Shown here piece by piece: positions 44,106 to 49,384 of a stretch of DNA of 49,384 bases. The stretch spans positions 1-49,384 of the forward strand of contig JWZX01003011.1 of assembly GCA_001275005.1 (NCBI GenBank). The letters are read 5' to 3'. Position 1 is the stretch's first letter. Each line of letters begins with the position of its first letter. The stretch comes from Chrysochromulina tobinii (Eukaryota). The notes beneath the pieces were generated by a model. That model was given only the letters and a program-made list of their open reading frames with translations. It was not told where the DNA came from and did not search any database. Made by a program: the position numbers and the translations under genes.

Positions 44106-47087
44106 ATGCCCCCAGTCGAACAGGACGATGATGACGACCTTCCATCGGAAGAATCTGACGAGGAAGAATCTAAGAAAGTGCCGCTGCCATTGCCAGCAGA
44201 AGTGAAGGTCTCGGCGCCATCTAGTGCAAGCCCACGCGCCGCCACCCGGTCACGTACATCGACTGCTGCAGAGGACACCGTTACACCTCTGCTGAATGGG
44301 CCGCGTCCATCAGACGAGCCAACTGAAAATTCCGCAGTCGCACCTGCTGGATCACGGAGTACGACGCCACGCGATCGCTTCCGTGAAAAGAGCGTGTCTT
44401 CTCGGCCCACGACACCGCGCGGGGAGCCGCCAGCACCAGTACCGCCACCTTTGTCTACGTCAGCGCCTTATAGCAGTCCGTGGCAGCAACCAAACCACGA
44501 TCCGATGGCAGCGCCCGCCCCTGCGCCATACCCTGCGCCTGAGTCATGGCGATGGCCATGGCAGCAATCGCAGCACCTTCCAGTGGCAGCACCTGAGCCA
44601 TGGCGCTGGCCATGGCAGCAACCACAGCACGACTACGCGTCAGCGTCATCGCACTACTATTCCAGGCAGATCGACGCTCCCCCCGTGCTCTCGGTCGCCT
44701 CGCCGACGATGGATGGCCGCACATCATCGTATCATGACATGCGCACTCCCGGCGGCGTTGCATCGTGGCAGTATCGCAGTGATCTTCGCAGCTCTGCCGC
44801 AACGCAGGTACGTCACCGTACGTACACGGTGAATGGATTGCCGACGAATGGCTCCATGTGGGAGCTCCAGAACCTGCTGCTCGGAGAAGACTGGGTCGAG
44901 ACGGAGGAGTTCACAAAACGCTGCGGCTTCTGCGCCATGTCGGGCGTGCTCCCCGGTATCACATCCCAACTGTTCGTGGTGCGCGACATCTATGGTGTCG
45001 AGTGCGGAGAAGCGGACAGCGAAGCAGAGGCAAAGTCGCTGATCGCCGAGATGACTCGCGACTCCGCACTGCAGCAAAAGTACACTGTCGAGGCTGTGTG
45101 GGATGAAAAGGGCCCGATGCGCTACGACAAGCAAGAACTGATGATGCACGTGCAGAACTCGTTGGCAGCGATGGCACGGGCGTGCGACGCTGTCGACCGC
45201 TCAGGAGCGGGCTCTTTCGTCGTGTGTGACCTCTTCAACCTGCCCGCGTCCAAGTTGGAGGAATTGACTTCCTCGGATGCGCGCCTCGTGAAATTTCTTT
45301 GTGACGCGCCCGTGCGCGAGCCCCTTCTCATGCTTCAGAAGGCTCTCAGCAAGAACGGCTCCCTCGCTGTCATTATGCCCATGCCCGAGGCCATGATGCA
45401 GAAGCAGCTGCCCGTCTTGCGCAAGATCTTCCCCTCGCGAATCCTGGTGGCCGTAGCACACGGCGATTACCGTCCCTCCAACCTGTCTCTGCAGCTGCTC
45501 GTCGCCTTAACCACCGCCGCCGGTGCAGAGGCACCGCGTCGTGCGCTTGCCGTCTTCGTGGGTGGCAGCGATCGCGAGCTCTCTCACATGGCCTTTTGTG
45601 CACGGCACAACGTGCGGCTGCTCCTCCTCGAGGGGTCTGGACGCCTTTGTGAGCTCCTTGGTCATCTCTGGCCGTCTCGCAGCTCCATCCCCTTCGACCC
45701 CGTGGGAATGCGGAGCAGGCTCTCGGTGACCTTTGCGCGACCCGCAGAGGCGGACAGCGTTGATGACCTGCGCATACTGCTCTCGCAAGGCGAGGTGGTC
45801 ATCCATCCCCTCGCAGGGAGCACAGCCAAGCTCGATCGCCTCTGCGTGCAGTTGCTCACTGGCGACAAGGTACTGCTCGTTGCACAAGGTGCGGCGGACA
45901 AGTATGTCTCGACAAGCCGCAGCTACTCACGGCCCAACTACATTCTCACCAACCTTTCCATCGCGATTGGCCTGCTTTCGACCATTGTGGCCGTCGTGGC
46001 CGGCGAGTTCATCAACGATAAGAAAAGAATCCCCGTGCCTTGGAAACGACAGCTCTTCGCGGGCGATCATAAAGCGCTTGAGGTTGACGACGTCCTGCTG
46101 TTCGTGTGCGCCTCGCTACCGGTGCTCCTGGCGGTCGTCGACTCGATCGAAGGGCTCATGAACACCGCCGAGGCTACTGCCGCCGTCGAGCGTGCCGCCG
46201 GCCTTGTCACGCAGTCGATCTACCTCTACCGCTGCCGCGCGGGCGATTACTCGGACGTCGCGCTCAACCGCGCGTCTCGCAACTCGGGTGAGACGAGCTC
46301 GGACCTGAGCACGCTGCGGCAGACGCTTCTGCAGCAGGACCTGGCGACCATCGCGCAAGTGGTGGACGCGTCGGGCGCGTTGCTCACCACGTCGGAATCG
46401 GGGCAGCAGCAACGCCCGTTGTTTGAGATTGGGACCACAGCGCTGGACGCCGCCGGCTATACTACCGCGCCGTCGCCACCGTGGTACGCGAAGCTGATGC
46501 CATGGACGGCGAGCTCCGCGCCGACGGCGGCCGACTTTGCCTTGGCACCTCTGCGGTCATTGGCGCACCTACCTGCGGCACAGAAGGCTGAGACCATCGA
46601 CGGCGACGGCTACGTGCACGAGCGTGTGCTCCCGGAGCTTGAGCGCAATCTTTCAAATGCCCGCTGCCAGCTGCTTCTCGTCGTGCTCGCACGCGTCAGC
46701 TCGTTCGCTGCTGCGGCGGTCGGCACGGCCATCGCCGTGGCTGCCTTCACGAGTACCGAAGAACGCTGGGAAGCCATCCTGGACCCAGGAGGTGTGTCAC
46801 CCAGCGCGGTCGCAATCACGGTCGCTGTCATGACTGCGCTCTCTCGCATGCTGCAGACGACGCGCATCGAGGCTCAGCGCCGTGCGCACACTCGCGCTGC
46901 CTCAGCGCTCAACGCAGCCCGCGTGCGTTGGGAGGCTCTGCCGTCTGAGGAGCGCGGTCGACAAGCTGAGCTCGATCGCCTCGTGCTAAGTGTTGAGCAG
47001 GCGATCGAGGCAACGCTGCCACCGGCGACCAGCGACGTTGCGGCGCGCAAGGCGAGCTCCGCCGCGCGAGTCATGCGGCCAGCATGA
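44106..47087 (+). CDS. LSDAT/SLOG (TRPM-type) domain + two SLATT-like 2TM effector domains
   Basis: 'LAVFVGGSDREL...RLLLLEGSGRLCE' (SLOG/LSDAT GG and GSG motifs). A first 2TM unit ends 'ERAAGLVTQSIYLYRCRAGDY'. A second 2TM unit reads 'GDGYVHERVLP...AVAITVAV...WEAL...RLVLSVEQAI'. Confidence 0.7.
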   Translation: MPPVEQDDDDDLPSEESDEEESKKVPLPLPAEVKVSAPSSASPRAATRSRTSTAAEDTVTPLLNGPRPSDEPTENSAVAPAGSRSTTPRDRFREKSVSSRPTTPRGEPPAPVPPPLSTSAPYSSPWQQPNHDPMAAPAPAPYPAPESWRWPWQQSQHLPVAAPEPWRWPWQQPQHDYASASSHYYSRQIDAPPVLSVASPTMDGRTSSYHDMRTPGGVASWQYRSDLRSSAATQVRHRTYTVNGLPTNGSMWELQNLLLGEDWVETEEFTKRCGFCAMSGVLPGITSQLFVVRDIYGVECGEADSEAEAKSLIAEMTRDSALQQKYTVEAVWDEKGPMRYDKQELMMHVQNSLAAMARACDAVDRSGAGSFVVCDLFNLPASKLEELTSSDARLVKFLCDAPVREPLLMLQKALSKNGSLAVIMPMPEAMMQKQLPVLRKIFPSRILVAVAHGDYRPSNLSLQLLVALTTAAGAEAPRRALAVFVGGSDRELSHMAFCARHNVRLLLLEGSGRLCELLGHLWPSRSSIPFDPVGMRSRLSVTFARPAEADSVDDLRILLSQGEVVIHPLAGSTAKLDRLCVQLLTGDKVLLVAQGAADKYVSTSRSYSRPNYILTNLSIAIGLLSTIVAVVAGEFINDKKRIPVPWKRQLFAGDHKALEVDDVLLFVCASLPVLLAVVDSIEGLMNTAEATAAVERAAGLVTQSIYLYRCRAGDYSDVALNRASRNSGETSSDLSTLRQTLLQQDLATIAQVVDASGALLTTSESGQQQRPLFEIGTTALDAAGYTTAPSPPWYAKLMPWTASSAPTAADFALAPLRSLAHLPAAQKAETIDGDGYVHERVLPELERNLSNARCQLLLVVLARVSSFAAAAVGTAIAVAAFTSTEERWEAILDPGGVSPSAVAITVAVMTALSRMLQTTRIEAQRRAHTRAASALNAARVRWEALPSEERGRQAELDRLVLSVEQAIEATLPPATSDVAARKASSAARVMRPA

Positions 47088-47769
47088 CGTGGACCGTGGA
47101 CATCGCCATGCCAAAGGCGCGAGAGCTGGATAGGCGTTGCGAGCATCGAGAAAATAGTCAGCGCAGAAGTGGCGACAAGTCTGGCGACCTCTGGAGCAAG
47201 CGAGAGGTCCGACGCGCGGGAAGGCTTAAGCCTAAGGCTACTAGGAACCTACGCGGAGAGGACGATATCGACTACACTGTTTACAGGATAGGCTGAGAGC
47301 TCTGCCGAGTCCTGTGTACATACACGAGTCCACACAGTCCGCGACAGTCGCCGCATTGAGACCATACAATGCACAGTGCCGTCAGTGGACACGGGGCGAT
47401 AGAGCCGTCCGCTCTCGTGTCTCGACGGACCGGGGACACGCGACGCACGAGCTGGTACCGTACGCCAAGTAGCCGTGTCTTGCCTGTTGCGTGTACCTTC
47501 GTACGTAACAAGCCGTTACGCGTTACGGCTTACGTTGTTACGAGCTATACGTTAATACGTAACCGCGAAGTCCGCGACATAGACCGAACAGCCGCAGAAC
47601 AAGCGAACTCGAAAAGCGTGATGCTGTACACACGTAACCGCAGTACGCAGGGCCCCGCTACGCTATTATTAGCGTTACGCTTACCGCGACTGTAAAACGA
47701 TCGAGCTTCCGTTCGAGGCTCGGCTGTGTCGTCACTCCATGATAGTTCGAGCCACGCGGTCGAGGGCCG

Positions 47770-49384
47770 TCAGCTCTCGACAACCAGCATATCCACCTCA
47801 TCGTCTACGGGCAGCAGCCCCTCCTCTGAGAAGCGAAGCGGCGGCACGGCACAATCAGGCCCGCGCCAGCCGCCGCCGCACTCGCACGTGCCATCAGCGG
47901 CGCAACGGCCGCGCCGGCTGCAGCCTCGTGGGCAGCCCGCCTCGCATCCGGCGCCAGAGAACCCAGGAAGGCAGCGGCAGGTACCGTCGGCCTGACAGAC
48001 GCCGCGGCCGGAGCAGCGCTTGGGGCAAGTGCGCCGCGAGCAGTCAGACCCTGAGAAGCCCTCCAGACAGCGGCAGCGGCCTTCGAGACATAGGCCCCGC
48101 CCTTGCGCCTCGCCGCAGCCTTCCAGAGGGCAGCGGTGGCGCGAACAATCGACACCGTCGAAGCCCGCGAAGCATGCGCACTGGCCCGAAGGCAGGCATG
48201 TGCCGTGCTGGTCGCACTCGTTCGGGCAGGTGCCCAGATCACACGACTCGCCATGCCAGCCCGCGTCGCACGCGCACGTGCCATCGGCTTGGCAGCCGCC
48301 GTGCCCAGAGCAGTCATGCGGGCACGCGCGCGCCGCACAGTCGATGCCGCGCCAGCCAGTCGCGCATTGGCAGCCTCCCGCCGCTCCGCACACGCCATGG
48401 CCAGAGCAGTTGTTCGGGCACGGTGGAGGCACGGCGATCGCGCACGCGGCGCCCCCCCAGCCAGGTTTGCAGGTGCACGTGCGCCGTCGCACGTCGCACC
48501 AGCCACGAAGGGGTCCATTGCACTCGAGGCCTCCAACGCTCGCGCATGCGGGCCGCTCGCACAGCGGTCCGCCCCACCCCTCCTCACATTGGCACGCACC
48601 CGTACGCTGGTCACACCGCCCATGAGCGGAGCAGTTGGCCGAGCAGGTCCGCACCGCACAATCGGGGCCGCCCCAAGGCGACTCGCAGCTGCATTTGCCC
48701 GTGCGCCCATCGCATGCGCCGTGGCTAGCACACTCGATCGGCATGCGCGCAGCGGCGTCCGTCGCGGCGTCCGAGGGCAGCGCTGCGGGGCATGCGAGGC
48801 GCTCGCAGAAGGCTCCAGCACGACCGTCTGGGCAGATGCACTGGGAGAAGCCTCCGTCGACGCCAGGGCCGCCGCCGTCGTGCACGCCGCTCACCACGAG
48901 ACCACCGACGACGCCGAGCCGGCTGCGGCTCACGTTGGCGGTCGCGAGCGCACTCAAGGCGATCGGCACGCAATGGCCAACGCCCGAGCAGCTTGGGCTG
49001 CCTGCACAGCCCACAAGTTCACACCGCTCGCCTGTGAAGCCCGCGTCACAGGCACACGCACCGCGCACGCACAGGCCGCGGCCGGAGCAGTACGGGTCGG
49101 CGCAGGTGAACACCTCGCAGGCAGCCCCCGTGCGGCCGGCAGGGCAGCTGCATGTCCCATTGCGGCACGTGCCCACACTCGAGCAATGGTGAGGGCAGTC
49201 ACGCACGTCACAGCGCGTGCCGCTCCACCCCGGAAAGCACTCGCACCCACCCGTCAGCCGGTCGCAGTAGCCATTCGGGCCGCAGCCGGCGCCGTCATGG
49301 CACTGGAGCAGCCCACAGTCAGGCCCCGAGAAGCCAACCAAGCAGCGGCAGGTGCCCGTGCGATCGTCGCACCTGCCGCGGCTC
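47770..49384 (-). CDS. Tenascin/teneurin-like EGF-repeat secreted protein (5'-partial)
   Basis: About 14 repeats of CP..CSG(H/R)G.C...G.C.C..GW.G.DC. The frame is open to the window edge. Confidence 0.9.
   Translation of the reverse strand, partial: SRGRCDDRTGTCRCLVGFSGPDCGLLQCHDGAGCGPNGYCDRLTGGCECFPGWSGTRCDVRDCPHHCSSVGTCRNGTCSCPAGRTGAACEVFTCADPYCSGRGLCVRGACACDAGFTGERCELVGCAGSPSCSGVGHCVPIALSALATANVSRSRLGVVGGLVVSGVHDGGGPGVDGGFSQCICPDGRAGAFCERLACPAALPSDAATDAAARMPIECASHGACDGRTGKCSCESPWGGPDCAVRTCSANCSAHGRCDQRTGACQCEEGWGGPLCERPACASVGGLECNGPLRGWCDVRRRTCTCKPGWGGAACAIAVPPPCPNNCSGHGVCGAAGGCQCATGWRGIDCAARACPHDCSGHGGCQADGTCACDAGWHGESCDLGTCPNECDQHGTCLPSGQCACFAGFDGVDCSRHRCPLEGCGEAQGRGLCLEGRCRCLEGFSGSDCSRRTCPKRCSGRGVCQADGTCRCLPGFSGAGCEAGCPRGCSRRGRCAADGTCECGGGWRGPDCAVPPLRFSEEGLLPVDDEVDMLVVES

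Overview
GC-rich, gene-dense, intron-poor eukaryotic nuclear DNA, most consistent with a haptophyte alga (Chrysochromulina-like). This assignment is inferred from gene content, short intergenic spacers and CTGATTGC-type repeats in introns. About 20 protein-coding genes are present, with partial genes at both window ends. They include TEX10/IPI1, COG6, an NDUFAF4-like gene, a TrmJ-like SPOUT methyltransferase, MFS and Trp/Tyr transporters, glycosyltransferases, a PHD/AP2/Tudor chromatin reader, a J-domain protein, a DENN-GRAM protein, ankyrin and EF-hand proteins and a tenascin-like EGF protein. No rRNA, tRNA or CRISPR was found. Three things stand out. (1) A WD40 gene at 23507-24956 (-), which the ORF track fragments, is built from tandem ~194-bp exon+intron cassettes: one propeller blade per exon, six paralogous phase-1 introns, hypervariable residues at the positions that vary in fungal HET-E-type immune WD40 repeats, and an F-box/SOCS-like tail. 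(2) Short 10-nt-period CTGATTGC/CTGATGAC satellite insertions are flanked by 15-26-bp target duplications. They form new GT-AG introns in two genes (one doubled, giving a recursive AG|GT site) and an in-frame coding insertion in a third. (3) A bacterial-conflict-type LSDAT(SLOG)-SLATT-SLATT gene is present. All family assignments are by motif recognition only; no searches were run.
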